A stretch of 64,000 nucleotides of DNA from an uncultured Clostridia bacterium (GTDB taxonomy: Bacteria; Bacillota; Clostridia; TANB77; CAG-508): NCBI GenBank assembly GCA_947623285.1, contig CANQGP010000001.1:99384-163383 (forward strand), read 5' to 3'. The translations under genes were made by a program, and so were the position numbers. Below, in pieces: positions 11,665 to 23,084 of this stretch (positions are counted from its first letter, which is position 1; each line of letters starts with the position of its first letter). The notes under the pieces were generated by a model. It was not told the origin of the DNA and searched no databases. It was given only the letters and a program-made list of their open reading frames with translations.

Positions 11665-12705
11665 TTAAAATTTTATATCTTTATTTAACTTGTCTATTAA
11701 AAATCTATATATTCGTATATATACCATTGGCATATTCCATTTGTATAGTAATGAAACTCCCCAAAGTCCTATATGTTTTAATCCTTTTTTTATAGAATAT
11801 CTAAATGTTAAAAATGGATTTTTTCTCCAAGTAGGAAAATTTTCATTTAAATATTTTATAGTTTCTTTTGTCATCTTTTTTATATCTATATTTGGATCAT
11901 ATGAAGCTCTATACATTACCGATGTACCTAAATGTAAAAAAGCCATCATATCTAAAATATATTTCATTTCATCATATTTATTTGACTTAATATAACAATC
12001 TTTTACTTTTAATAAATATTTTCTTAAGTTATTAACATCTTGCTCGTTAACACTATGAATTTGAGAATCATCCCTTAAATAATAATGATACAATACATCT
12101 GGTATAAATGCTATTTTTTCAATTTTTGTATATAACTCTATTAATAACATTGTATCATTAAATCCTCTAAATGGTAAAAAGCGCATATTTTGTATTATTT
12201 CTCTTTTATACACTTTATTCCATGGTGCAGGATTTATAAAGGCTACAAAGTCATCATCAGCTTTTACTTTTTTAACACATCTGCCAAACCCTGTCATATC
12301 TGTTGATGTTACTTTTCCAGTTTTTAGACTTATTCTTTCAAATGCACATACCGCTAAATCTGCATCATTCTCTTTTGCAGCATTGTACAACTTTTCAGCC
12401 CAATCTTTTTCTACATAATCATCTACATCTACAAATGTAACATACTCTCCTACTGCTCTTTCTAGTCCATAATTTCTAGAAGTAAATTCTCCTCCATTTT
12501 CTTTATGAAATGCTTTTATTTTTTCTGGATATTTACTGGCATATTCATCTACTATTTGTGGAGCCGAATCAGTTGAGCCATCATCTACGCATAAAATTTC
12601 AATTTCTTCTAATGTTTGGTTTACTAGTGCATCTAAACATCTTGGCAGGTAATCTTCTAAATTATATATTGCTGCAACTATTGATAACTTATATTTATTT
12701 TCCAT
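11665..12705 (-). CDS. Glycosyltransferase family 2
   Basis: LSIVAAIYNLEDYLPRCLDALVNQT...ILCVDDGSTD...VDVDD motifs. The ATG at 12705 (MENKYK) has GAGGAG upstream. The ORF-track start at 12723 is an alternative. Confidence 0.8.
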   Translation of the reverse strand: MENKYKLSIVAAIYNLEDYLPRCLDALVNQTLEEIEILCVDDGSTDSAPQIVDEYASKYPEKIKAFHKENGGEFTSRNYGLERAVGEYVTFVDVDDYVEKDWAEKLYNAAKENDADLAVCAFERISLKTGKVTSTDMTGFGRCVKKVKADDDFVAFINPAPWNKVYKREIIQNMRFLPFRGFNDTMLLIELYTKIEKIAFIPDVLYHYYLRDDSQIHSVNEQDVNNLRKYLLKVKDCYIKSNKYDEMKYILDMMAFLHLGTSVMYRASYDPNIDIKKMTKETIKYLNENFPTWRKNPFLTFRYSIKKGLKHIGLWGVSLLYKWNMPMVYIRIYRFLIDKLNKDIKF

Positions 12706-13066
12706 TTTTCTCCTCTTTCTCATCTTCTAGCTTTTTTACTCTTTTCTTTAATATAGAAAGTTCTTGAATAATTGCTGTATTTTTTTTATTTTCTTCTGCT
12801 AACTTTATTGTCATATTAAATATTAAATAAAATGCTATAAATATAGTTAAGCAAAATACCATATTAGATGGCGCTATAAATCCTAGTTTATGTGAAACAA
12901 ATTCTACTAAATTTGGTATTGCAAGTGCTACTATTAATATAATTCCACTTACTATCCAAAATACTGAAAATGAAATTTGTAAATTCTTTTTATTAATTGC
13001 TTTTATTAGTATTAATATATATACTAATGTTATAGCAATCAATACGATTCTTAATATAATTGGCAT
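12695..13066 (-). CDS. DUF2304-like small membrane protein (GT2-associated)
   Basis: 123 aa with 3-4 TM helices and a charged coiled C-tail. It lies directly downstream of a ~230-aa GT2, the usual GT2/DUF2304/DUF2142 arrangement. Confidence 0.6.
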   Translation of the reverse strand: MPIILRIVLIAITLVYILILIKAINKKNLQISFSVFWIVSGIILIVALAIPNLVEFVSHKLGFIAPSNMVFCLTIFIAFYLIFNMTIKLAEENKKNTAIIQELSILKKRVKKLEDEKEEKNGK

Positions 13067-13091
13067 TTGTCTTGTTTCCTTTCTTCTCTAA

Positions 13092-13790
13092 TTATACTTT
13101 TTTTATACTATCTATTAAAATAGCTAAAGATACCTTTATCATATAATCTATACTTTTGAATATATTTATAGAAGATTTTCCACCTTCTCTTTCTCTCATG
13201 CTAACAGGTACTTCTACAACTTTATACTTTCTTTTTAGTACATCTACTGTTGATTCTGGTTCTGGATAATCGGTGGGATATTTTTTAGCAAACAACTCTA
13301 TTATCTCTTTATCCACTGCTCTAAATCCAGAAGTTGGATCTGTTATTTTTTTATGGCAACATATCCTTATTATGAAAGAAATTATATTTTTTCCCAATCT
13401 TCTCATAAAAGTAGATTGAAATTCACTTGAGCTTTTGTCCAAATATCTTGTTCCAATACACATATTTGCTTCACCTTTTCGCACTGGCTCAATAATTTTT
13501 TCTACATAACTAACATCATGTTGTCCATCTCCATCATATTGAATAGCAATATCATAATTATTTTCATATGCATATTTATAACCAGTTTGAACCGCTCCAC
13601 CTATTCCTAAATTATGTATTAAATTAATATGATTAATATTATTTTTTTCTAGTATTTCTAATGTTTTATCTTTCGAACCATCATTTATTACCACATAATC
13701 TATATCTGGTCTTTTTTTATCTATTTCCTTGCATACTCTTAATATGTTTTCTTCTTCGTTATATGCTGGAATTATTAGTAGTGTTTTCAT
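13092..13790 (-). CDS. Glycosyltransferase family 2 (DPM1-like, soluble)
   Basis: 232 aa with LLIIPAYNEEENI, VINDGSKDKT and QYDGDGQHD motifs. Confidence 0.8.
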   Translation of the reverse strand: MKTLLIIPAYNEEENILRVCKEIDKKRPDIDYVVINDGSKDKTLEILEKNNINHINLIHNLGIGGAVQTGYKYAYENNYDIAIQYDGDGQHDVSYVEKIIEPVRKGEANMCIGTRYLDKSSSEFQSTFMRRLGKNIISFIIRICCHKKITDPTSGFRAVDKEIIELFAKKYPTDYPEPESTVDVLKRKYKVVEVPVSMREREGGKSSINIFKSIDYMIKVSLAILIDSIKKV

Positions 13791-13842
13791 TTTATTTATT
13801 CCTCCTATTGGTATTATTGTACTTGTAAAAATCTGCTAATTT

Positions 13843-15405
13843 TTATGCAATAAAGAATTTATATACAGCATTTATCGCAAACAAATTCAAAATGCTTAAA
13901 ACAATTGGTATCTTTAGAGTTATATTTTTTATTTTTATATAATTATTTTTCATACACATTGTTAATAGGATTGTAATAATAACAGGTATAAAATATCTTC
14001 CTTGAATTCCGTATATTACAGTACTTCCTGCTCCTGACCATGAAATAAACATGAATGTTTCTATTATTAATATCGTACCTATTCCAATCATTAGTACCCA
14101 TAACTTCTGTTTCTTATTTAATGCCTGTTTATTATCTTCTACAAAAGCTGAAAATAACACTGTAAACATTATCAACATTATTATTCCTCTGTTCACCTCA
14201 ATATTTGTACTACCTAATTTTATTCCTACTAACATTTCCATATAATTGCATCCTTCAGTCTCCCAATCTTTAATTATTACATTTGCAAAACTATCTGGAT
14301 TTTTTATAATATATTTAACTTGCTCTGATGTATTTACGTTAAACTTTTCATTATATCCTGTTATTTCTCCTAAAGATATATATTGCATAGATATTATATA
14401 CATTACAATTGCTACTATTATTCCTACTAATATGGCTGTTGGTATCACTATGACTTTTTCTTTTTTGCTCATATTTTTCTTAAAAGCCAACATTAATATT
14501 AACCCTAGAAAAGGAACATATATTGTTTTTACTATTCCAACTAAGCAACTTAATGCTATCAAACATATTTGTTGCTTTCGCTCTATATGTTTATCTTGAA
14601 AAATTAATTTTAAAATATAAGCTATAAATACAATAAACACTGAATTTGTTATACTGTCTGCTGAAAATGAAACTTGTTGATGTATCACCATTGGCATAAA
14701 CAAATATGCTGCTAACAATATTTTTCCAAATGGTATGGTTTTAATTGCATAATATCCCAAAGCTAAGAATATAATAAAATTAAATATTTTCCCTAAAAAA
14801 ATTCCTATTAAAATACTTACTCCACAAATTCTAGCAATTAAAAATCCTAATGCTGAACCTATATATAACACAAAAGCATAATTTTGAGCCGAAGATATTA
14901 CTTGCACTGTATCATTATAATTTGTTTGTTCAGTAACTTTTCCCCTTAAATCACTATATTTATCTATTTTCGTTTGTTGATATTCATATAAATCTTTTGG
15001 AATATTAGTATGAGAAGTACCGTCCTCTTCTATTGGTGTTATTAATATTCCTTTTGATATTTCATAAGCTTTCCATAAATGTGCACTTTCATCTGGTACT
15101 TGTCCTGGTAAAACAAAAACCAAATACATGGTTCCCACTGGTATCATAAAAGTTAAAAACATCTTTTCTATAACATTTTTATCTTTATAACAACAATATA
15201 TTAAACATGCAATACTTAAAATCATATACATTATTCCAATAATCAAATAAGTTTTATGATAATATCCATCAAGTTGCTTTATTGTAATCACTTTATATAT
15301 CGCGACAATTGATATTAAAAAAAATATAAATTCCAATACATATCTAATCACATATATCTTTTTTTCTGCCCACTTTATTTTTTCTATGATTTTGTCAATT
15401 GACAT
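13843..15405 (-). CDS. DUF2142-like polytopic membrane protein (GT-C candidate)
   Basis: 520 aa with more than 10 TM helices. The first loop has the VPDESAHLWKAYE (PDE..H) motif. It forms a gene trio with the GT2 and the DUF2304-like gene. Confidence 0.55.
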   Translation of the reverse strand: MSIDKIIEKIKWAEKKIYVIRYVLEFIFFLISIVAIYKVITIKQLDGYYHKTYLIIGIMYMILSIACLIYCCYKDKNVIEKMFLTFMIPVGTMYLVFVLPGQVPDESAHLWKAYEISKGILITPIEEDGTSHTNIPKDLYEYQQTKIDKYSDLRGKVTEQTNYNDTVQVISSAQNYAFVLYIGSALGFLIARICGVSILIGIFLGKIFNFIIFLALGYYAIKTIPFGKILLAAYLFMPMVIHQQVSFSADSITNSVFIVFIAYILKLIFQDKHIERKQQICLIALSCLVGIVKTIYVPFLGLILMLAFKKNMSKKEKVIVIPTAILVGIIVAIVMYIISMQYISLGEITGYNEKFNVNTSEQVKYIIKNPDSFANVIIKDWETEGCNYMEMLVGIKLGSTNIEVNRGIIMLIMFTVLFSAFVEDNKQALNKKQKLWVLMIGIGTILIIETFMFISWSGAGSTVIYGIQGRYFIPVIITILLTMCMKNNYIKIKNITLKIPIVLSILNLFAINAVYKFFIA

Positions 15406-15477
15406 TTTACTTTTCTCCCCTTATTTTTTTATAATATATCATACTAGCCATAATTATACAATAAATAAACTTTGTTA

Positions 15478-17609
15478 CTATTTTATGACTTTATATATTA
15501 ATAGACCTTTTTCATTATATTTTTCTTCAAATTTCACTTCTTCATTGCTAAGCTCTTCCAAATTTCTAGTTGTCAAAATATATCCTACATTTAATTCTTT
15601 TACTTTATCTACACTAATATATAATTTAATACTGTCACTATACAAAAGTTCCACTTTATTTTCGTTACTGGTAATTTCAACAGTAATATGTGCATAACGA
15701 TTATAAATTTGTCTATTTTCTACCAATTCACTTTTTTCTTCCAAAACAACATCAAACAATTCCTTGTTTGGATATATATTAGTAGAATTTATAACTTTAG
15801 CTCCACTTGCCAAAATATAATTTGGTATATAGAAGGATGTACTATCTACAAGCCATAAATTATTTTCTTTATCTTCTGTTACAATTTTTTGTACTTCTTT
15901 AGCAACTGGCTTATCCCTCATAACTGATATACCTTTTTGTATTGGATTTACTGTAACTCCTGTTATAATTGAAATTATAATTAAAGTATAAATTAATCCT
16001 TTTTTATGATTTTTTCTGTTTATATTCACTAGTAAATATATTTGTAACAATAAGACAATTCCACAAGCTATTAATCGAATTGGTGTAAGTAGATTTTCAC
16101 TATCAGATATTTTTGCTAAATACATTAATATTATCTCTAATATAATAGTGATAACTATAGCCACTTTTTTTCCAAATAATTTAGTGTTTTTATCTACTTT
16201 AGCTAATAAATAAATTAATAACAATACTTGAGTAAAGCCCAAAGGCACAGCCATTCTTGTCGCTGGAACCATATAAAGTAAAGTAAATCTTGCAAATACT
16301 TTATTAGTTGGTATATGTGACCATACTCCAAATACTACCCCTAATATTAGTAATGGAATTAAAAATACTAAATTTTCTTTTGCCTCTTTTTTATTTCTAA
16401 GAATATATACAACTGAAAGTATCATCGGAATTGGGAAAAGCGAAATCATGCCTGAAAGTTCACTAGGGTTATTCACTCCTATATAAGGGAATAAATAAGA
16501 ATACACATATGAATATACTACTTTTAAAGCATTTCCACCTATCTCAAATCTATCTCCCGGATAATCAGTATTCATTACAGCATTCAGTGCATTTTTTGAC
16601 ATCATATAATATCTTACACCGGATTCCAGCAGCAATTAGAATTACTGAAATGATTATTAACACATCTTTCCAGTTGACTTTATAAACTTTTCTGTTTTTC
16701 CATATTATCCAAATTAATACTGCTAGATAAATGTATCCATATGGTATTTGCCAAGCCGGGTACATTGTAAATACATAAGATATGCCTGATATCAATATTC
16801 CACATGCACATAGGATTTTCGTTTTATATTTTTCACTTAGCATAAATTTATCAATTAATACAAGTGCTAACATTCCCCATATTAATATTCCTGTTGAATT
16901 CCACCATTGCGTTGCTGCAGAAAAAGTTATTAAAAGCATTCCACAAGCTGAAACAAATTTATTTTTATTGGTAATTAACATACAAAACTCAAATGAAATC
17001 AACATAAGTGCTACTAATTTACCATACCAATCAAATGTTAATCCTCTTTCCGAACCAAATAACATATAACCTATTGTAAATGGTTTTCCTAAAACTAATA
17101 TGTCTGCAACTGCTGGACTTATTGCGGAAAACATATCTGTAGATGTACCTCGTAGCAAATCATTATAATATGCATATTTATTTTCATTTTCTTCAGCTGA
17201 TTGTGATAAAAATATTGGCATATTAACACACCATTCATCTGAACGTATACTTCTTGCAGTTCCGAAGTACTGGTGTTTGATATTCTTCCCATGCTTCTGG
17301 TTGAATTACTTGTGCATACATTCCAATTGATGAACCAGAGTAGCCAAATACCATAACATATATCATAAAAACTAAAGCAATCCAATATCTTTTATCACAA
17401 ATGAATCCATACATTTTATTTAATGGAATAATAAAATGTAGTAAGAAAAAGAATACTGCTCCTGCAATAATTATACTTCTATCCCATATAATATAACTTC
17501 TAGTTACAGTTATTATAACTCCTACTAAAATTGATATAATTGCAGATATTATTAATTTTTGAGTTCTATAATTTTCTTTGTTAAATATCTTTTTTAGTTT
17601 TTCTTTCAC
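15478..17609 (-). pseudogene. Large polytopic membrane protein with C-terminal soluble domain, interrupted by two single-nucleotide frameshifts
   Basis: ORFs 17235..17609, 16565..17221 and 15478..16635 are consecutive pieces. At ~17250-17270 the frame changes between ...EEYQTPVL and (F)GTARSIRSDEWCVNMPIF. At ~16615-16635 it changes between ...VILIAAG and SGVRYYMMSKNA. Confidence 0.6.
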
Positions 17610-17623
17610 TTAACTTCCTCCAC

Positions 17624-19861
17624 TTATTTATGCTTTATTTTTCTTTTTACCTTCTTTGCTATTTCCCAAAATTTACTTTTTCTCATTGTTTCATATCTAT
17701 TTATTAAATGAGTATAATTTGCTTTATAAAAGTTGAATTCTAATGCTTCACTTTTATCTTTACATACAAATATTTGATACATATTTGCGTACTCATTTTT
17801 TTGTGAAATTTCATTATACATTTTTTGATAATATTCTTGCATTTCTTCCATTGTTTTAAATTTATATTTTTCAAAATTTGTTTTTATTTCTTTGTACTCT
17901 TCTTCATTTTTAATTATTTCTTCTATTTTTTCTAATATTTTATTAGAATCTTCAAACTTTATTATGTATCCCAATTTATCTTGTTTTACTCTATCTCCTA
18001 CTGCTCCAATATCAAATGTTAGCACTGGAATTTTTGCCATATAACTTTCAGTTAATGTATATGAATATGTTTCTGGCCATGTAGCAAACATACAAACCAA
18101 ATCAATATTATTTTCGTTTAATAATTTTGGTAATTCACCTCTTTTATATGGTCCATGGTTAATATAGTTACTTGTATTTTTTTGAAGTACCTTATCTTCT
18201 GACTTTCCAAATAAGTGTATTTTTATTCTTGGATTCTTGGATTCTTTGATTAATTTTCTTAAAATGTTGCTTCCTTTATGAATTGCCATTGCTCCAACAA
18301 AAGCTATATCAAAAGTATTCTTTTTTTCTTTTTCTTTTTCTTTATCTTTTATTTTTATTATATCTACTCCATGTTCTACTACATCAATATTCAAATTTTT
18401 ATATACTTTCTCAAACTGCTTTCTTGTATTTTCAGATGGCACTATAATTTTATCAAATTTCTTTAAAACTTTTTCACATACTTTTCTCCATGTAAATAAA
18501 GCATTACTATTTAATCCATATCTTGCTTTTAAGCATTTAGCACAATCTTTTTCTTTGTCATAATCACAAAACTTATCTCTATACACCATATTTATTGATG
18601 GACAGCTCATATACAAATCATGAAGTGTTATTATACTATATATATTGTTTTCTTTTGCCACATCTATTGCGTCAAATGTTTGAAATAAAAAATGATGAAC
18701 ATGCAATATGTCAAATTTAAATGTTTTAAATATAGTTTTTAACATTTCTTTATAACTATTATTTGTATAATGTATTTGTCCATATTGAAATATATCTGTT
18801 TTAAAATTTAATATCTCTTTTGCAAAATCTTGTGTATATAAAAACAATTTAAATTTTGATAAATCACCTTTATCTGGTGCTAACACAAAACTTGCTATAT
18901 TTTTAATATTATTTTCTAGTATTAAATCTTTAATATGCAAAGATGTTCCTCCTGTCATTTGCATATTCTCTTCCCATTCATTTACTAAATACAATATTCT
19001 TTTCTTTCCAAATATATTTATATTTATATTTATGTTTTCTTGTATATCTTTTAAAGGATTAATTGCTAAAAATTGGTCTGTCTTTTCTACATATATTGGA
19101 TGTTTTTCTCTAAGCAACCTCATATGATTTTCTATTAATTCTTGCCTCGAACTTGTTAGATTTTCTTTTTTGAAACTTTGAGTTCCTTTATGGTATATAA
19201 AAGTATTGTCACAAAGTACATTTGAATATCCATTATCTAATGCTCTATAACAAAAATCATTTTCTTCGCCATATCCTTTTCCAAAAGTTTTCTCATCAAA
19301 TACTCCTATCTGATTTATAACTTCTCTTTTTATATATAAACAAAAACCGTTACCAGTAGTTAGTTCAGGATATCTGTTTTTAGATATTTTTTCTATCATT
19401 TCTGCATATTCTTCCAATGTCATATTTTTTGGAAGTTCATTATCTATTCCAAAATTAGGAACTGATGCTATTGTTCCATTATTTGTTAAAGGTGTTACTG
19501 TAGCAATGTATTCGTTACTATATGCACATTTTTGTATTTTTTCTAGCCAATCTTTTGTTACTTCTGTATCACTATTTAATAATACAACATCATTTTCTGA
19601 ATATTTCATTCCTTTATTTACAGTTCTTACAAATCCTATATTTTCTTCATTATTTAATACTTCTATGTTTAATTCTTCATTTTCTTTCTTGTATTTTTGT
19701 AACATAGGTAATATTTTTTCATCTGGACTTTTATCATTTATTAGTAATAAACTATTAACTTTTAAATCAGTATTTTTTATTATAGATTTTATACATTCTT
19801 CTGTAAATTCATATGCATTATATATAGGAACGACAATGTCTATTGCTTTCATTTTATTCAC
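17624..19861 (-). CDS. Bifunctional glycosyltransferase (N-terminal GT2, C-terminal GT4/GT-B)
   Basis: 745 aa. The N-terminus has IVVPIYNAYEFTEECIKS...LINDKSPD...LNSD. The C-terminal half has LHVHHF...TLHDLYMSCP and EGYGENxx-like GT-B features. Confidence 0.75.
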   Translation of the reverse strand: MNKMKAIDIVVPIYNAYEFTEECIKSIIKNTDLKVNSLLLINDKSPDEKILPMLQKYKKENEELNIEVLNNEENIGFVRTVNKGMKYSENDVVLLNSDTEVTKDWLEKIQKCAYSNEYIATVTPLTNNGTIASVPNFGIDNELPKNMTLEEYAEMIEKISKNRYPELTTGNGFCLYIKREVINQIGVFDEKTFGKGYGEENDFCYRALDNGYSNVLCDNTFIYHKGTQSFKKENLTSSRQELIENHMRLLREKHPIYVEKTDQFLAINPLKDIQENINININIFGKKRILYLVNEWEENMQMTGGTSLHIKDLILENNIKNIASFVLAPDKGDLSKFKLFLYTQDFAKEILNFKTDIFQYGQIHYTNNSYKEMLKTIFKTFKFDILHVHHFLFQTFDAIDVAKENNIYSIITLHDLYMSCPSINMVYRDKFCDYDKEKDCAKCLKARYGLNSNALFTWRKVCEKVLKKFDKIIVPSENTRKQFEKVYKNLNIDVVEHGVDIIKIKDKEKEKEKKNTFDIAFVGAMAIHKGSNILRKLIKESKNPRIKIHLFGKSEDKVLQKNTSNYINHGPYKRGELPKLLNENNIDLVCMFATWPETYSYTLTESYMAKIPVLTFDIGAVGDRVKQDKLGYIIKFEDSNKILEKIEEIIKNEEEYKEIKTNFEKYKFKTMEEMQEYYQKMYNEISQKNEYANMYQIFVCKDKSEALEFNFYKANYTHLINRYETMRKSKFWEIAKKVKRKIKHK

Positions 19862-19875
19862 CTTCCTTTTTATTT

Positions 19876-21582
19876 TTAATCATCTACTTTTATTGCTATA
19901 TTAGTGTATTTTTTTGACAAATTAGGACTAAAGTATCTATCTCCAATAGAATAATATTTATCCCATTTCTTAATAAATTCATTAACTTGTTCTTCTTCAT
20001 GTTCTGTATCTGAAAGTTTTTTTACACAAAATGAAACAATTGGATTCATAATTACTTGTTTATTTTGATTTAATATTTTAAGACAAATTTCTATACTATT
20101 AAGATCTCCAGAATAATTGATTGGGAATCCTCCACATTCTTCAAACAATTTCTTATCAATCATAGAATATTTATAGTACACACAAGATACATTATGTATA
20201 ATTGACAATCTTTGCATATAAGTACCTGCATCTTTTTCAAGTCCTTTGTATAGAAAATCACCAACTCCATTCATTCCTAAAACAACCCCATTATGTTCTA
20301 CTTCATTATTTTTGTTGTATAATTTTGTGCCTACTATTCCAACTTCTTTATCTTGACATATTCCAACTAAATCCTCTATATATGATGGGATATCTATTTT
20401 AATTAGGTTTTTATCTATTATTATAAAATATTTACCTTCAATTTCTTTTACCGCTTCATTATAGGTTTTGAATATATTGTTTTTTGGTTTTATTATTTTA
20501 TCAACACTTTCTATATTTTTATCTGTAATCACAATTATTTCATAATTCGTATATGTAGTAATTTTTACTTTTTGTACTATCTTTTGTATCTCTTCATTTG
20601 TCAAATCTTTAGCATCTATTATTATACTAACTTTTGGATTATCTTTTACCTTGTATTTTATTTTATAACTTCCCGGTGTTAATCCATCAGTAACTTCAAC
20701 TTCTGTATCTAAGGTTCTTTTTATATGATCTGTTATAACTTTTTTTCCTATTTCAAAAGCATATGGTTTTGAATCTGAATTTTGAGCTGTTGAATTTCTG
20801 TGTGCTCTCCAATGATATAAGACTTTTGGTATATGTACTATGTTTTTTGTACTTTCTATAGCCCTTGCTACAATATCCCAATCTTGACTTCCATCATATC
20901 TACTATCAAATCCCTTTAGCTTATCTATCAATTCTTTTTTGAATATGCTAAAATGACAAATATAATTCGCACTATTTAAAGTATAAGGTGAAAAATCAGG
21001 TTTAAAAAATACTCCATACCTTGGCTTGTCTACCGCTTCTAATTTATCTTCATCTGAATATAAAAATTCCACTTCTGGATTTTCATTTATTGCTTTTACA
21101 ACTTCAAATAATGAAAATATTGGTAGCAAATCATCATGATCTAATAATCCTACAAAATCTCCTGTTGCTAAACTCAAAGCTTCATTTGTATTTCCTGAAA
21201 TCCCTTTGTTTTCTCCAATTGCTTTATACTTTATTCTCTTGTCTCTCTTTGTATATTCCTCTATGTAATTTAATTTCTCAGGACTTCCATCAGCCAAGCA
21301 AAGTTCCCAATTAGAATATGTTTGATTTTCCAAACTTTGTACTAATTCTTCAAAAAATTTTTCTGGTGTATTATATATAGGAACTATAATGCTTATTTTT
21401 GGCTCTATTTCAAATTTGTGATTTCTTTGATTTTCTAATTCTTCTTCATTTGGTTCATTTTGCTTAATCCATTTTAAATATCTTCTTTCTTCTGTAGAAT
21501 TTTTTGCAATATATTTATCATAGATTTTTTTCACAATTACTCGTCTTTTGGAATTCTCTGGCAATATTTTCTCAAATTTCAT
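19876..21582 (-). CDS. Glycosyltransferase family 2, two-domain
   Basis: 568 aa with ISIIVPIYNTPEKFFEELVQSLENQTYSNWELCLADGS and LLDHDD motifs, then a second Rossmann-like GT domain (VSIIIDAKD...). Confidence 0.75.
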   Translation of the reverse strand: MKFEKILPENSKRRVIVKKIYDKYIAKNSTEERRYLKWIKQNEPNEEELENQRNHKFEIEPKISIIVPIYNTPEKFFEELVQSLENQTYSNWELCLADGSPEKLNYIEEYTKRDKRIKYKAIGENKGISGNTNEALSLATGDFVGLLDHDDLLPIFSLFEVVKAINENPEVEFLYSDEDKLEAVDKPRYGVFFKPDFSPYTLNSANYICHFSIFKKELIDKLKGFDSRYDGSQDWDIVARAIESTKNIVHIPKVLYHWRAHRNSTAQNSDSKPYAFEIGKKVITDHIKRTLDTEVEVTDGLTPGSYKIKYKVKDNPKVSIIIDAKDLTNEEIQKIVQKVKITTYTNYEIIVITDKNIESVDKIIKPKNNIFKTYNEAVKEIEGKYFIIIDKNLIKIDIPSYIEDLVGICQDKEVGIVGTKLYNKNNEVEHNGVVLGMNGVGDFLYKGLEKDAGTYMQRLSIIHNVSCVYYKYSMIDKKLFEECGGFPINYSGDLNSIEICLKILNQNKQVIMNPIVSFCVKKLSDTEHEEEQVNEFIKKWDKYYSIGDRYFSPNLSKKYTNIAIKVDD

Positions 21583-21601
21583 TCAAATTTCTCCTTTTAG
21601 T

Positions 21602-23062
21602 CTAAAAAAATCTTCTTTTCTTCTTTTCTAATTTTTCTATATATACTTGTTTATTACGATTATCTTCTTCTAATGCTTTTATATATTCATTTTGCTTTTT
21701 ATCATTTTCTTCAAAATCTTCTAATTTAGTATTAATTATAGAAATATAATTAATATCTCGTAAACATTTTATTGCTTCTTCATTAGTTTTCGTAGCTTCA
21801 ACACTTATAATTTTTCCTTGTATGTATTTTTCTATTTCTTCAAATAGTTCTATATGCTGTAATAAGTCAAATTTTTCAAATATCTCTGTCTTTTTTAAAT
21901 ATTCTTCTATCTCTGAATTATATGAATACATGTTATTGATTGCTCTATATAATAAAAATTCAAGTGGTATTCCTTCTTCATACCATTCTTGATCAAAGAA
22001 TAAAAAATCTCCATTATTATAAAATGTATTTTCAAAAACTAAATCTATATATCCATTTTTTAAAACTGTTAACGATTTTAATTTTTGTGTATCTGCTTTA
22101 ATATTCTTGTTCAATTTAGATTTTCTGTTTTTTATAAGTCTTGCTTTTATGTATTCATACCAATCAGATATCAAATTATAAGCATCTTCTTTGTTGTTTT
22201 CCATAATTTTTGTAATTATTAATTGATCAAAAGTATCTTGATTTATATATTTACTGATAACTTCATTATCTACGATTTCGTCAATTATAGAAAATCCTAA
22301 TTTTTTTAATCCCTCAGTATTTGCTTTTATGTTTTCAATATGTTGTATTGCTTGGTTGTTTATCGCTTTTTTTATCACTTCATCTTTTTTTATAACAGTT
22401 TCAAGTTGATATTCTTCTTTTCTATTATTGTTAAAACTTACAAATTTTACATCTGAATCAATTTTCTCTTCTCCTAATTTCATTTCAATTAAAAATGAAT
22501 TAGCAAAAAAATCGAATAATCCATTGTTAGTTACTTGTTTTAGTGCCTTTAATTCATCAAATACAACTATACTTCCTTTTTCATATGTAATATTATACAT
22601 AAGTTTTGTAGTATTTTTATTTGGCATGTATTCATCTGAAAAAATTGCCATTGGCTTTTTATAATTTGGTAAAGGATAATAAAATTTATAATTTTTTATA
22701 TGTAAATTTTTTAAGATTTTCTGAAGTTCTTTTTTTCCATATAGCTCTTTTGCGTTTTCTGTAATAGTGTTATATACTCTACCATTATAGCTTGCTCCTG
22801 CAAAATAGCTAATTGCAAATCGATTATTAGTAGCTAATAATACTGTTCCTTTTGGTTTTACTAATGTTATTGCCTTTTCTAGCAAGTTTGGTTTATACAA
22901 AATAACGTAGTCATATTTATCTTCTTTATTACTAATATCAATTTCACTCTCATCCATATGCATTATATTTATATCTTCTAACATTTTTTCACTGTCTTTT
23001 GTTATCTCTAAAATAGTGCTGTTTTCTTTAAAAGGATACCAAAAAAACAAATTTTTTTTCAT
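21602..23062 (-). CDS. Degenerate paralogue of the adjacent SAM methyltransferase (GxGxG lost) with long C-terminal coiled-coil region
   Basis: It shares FWYPFK, KFYYPLPNYKKPMAIFSDEYMPNKN and FDFFANSFLIE blocks with ORF 25123..26304. It reads ILEITKDSEKM where the paralogue has VLEIGAGMGAT. Confidence 0.6.
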   Translation of the reverse strand: MKKNLFFWYPFKENSTILEITKDSEKMLEDINIMHMDESEIDISNKEDKYDYVILYKPNLLEKAITLVKPKGTVLLATNNRFAISYFAGASYNGRVYNTITENAKELYGKKELQKILKNLHIKNYKFYYPLPNYKKPMAIFSDEYMPNKNTTKLMYNITYEKGSIVVFDELKALKQVTNNGLFDFFANSFLIEMKLGEEKIDSDVKFVSFNNNRKEEYQLETVIKKDEVIKKAINNQAIQHIENIKANTEGLKKLGFSIIDEIVDNEVISKYINQDTFDQLIITKIMENNKEDAYNLISDWYEYIKARLIKNRKSKLNKNIKADTQKLKSLTVLKNGYIDLVFENTFYNNGDFLFFDQEWYEEGIPLEFLLYRAINNMYSYNSEIEEYLKKTEIFEKFDLLQHIELFEEIEKYIQGKIISVEATKTNEEAIKCLRDINYISIINTKLEDFEENDKKQNEYIKALEEDNRNKQVYIEKLEKKKRRFF

Positions 23063-23084
23063 TATAAACTCTCCTCTATATTAC

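Noticed and set aside
17119-17385. 88-aa ORF on the minus strand
   Set aside because: It is a third-frame reading across the frameshift junction of the broken membrane-protein gene.
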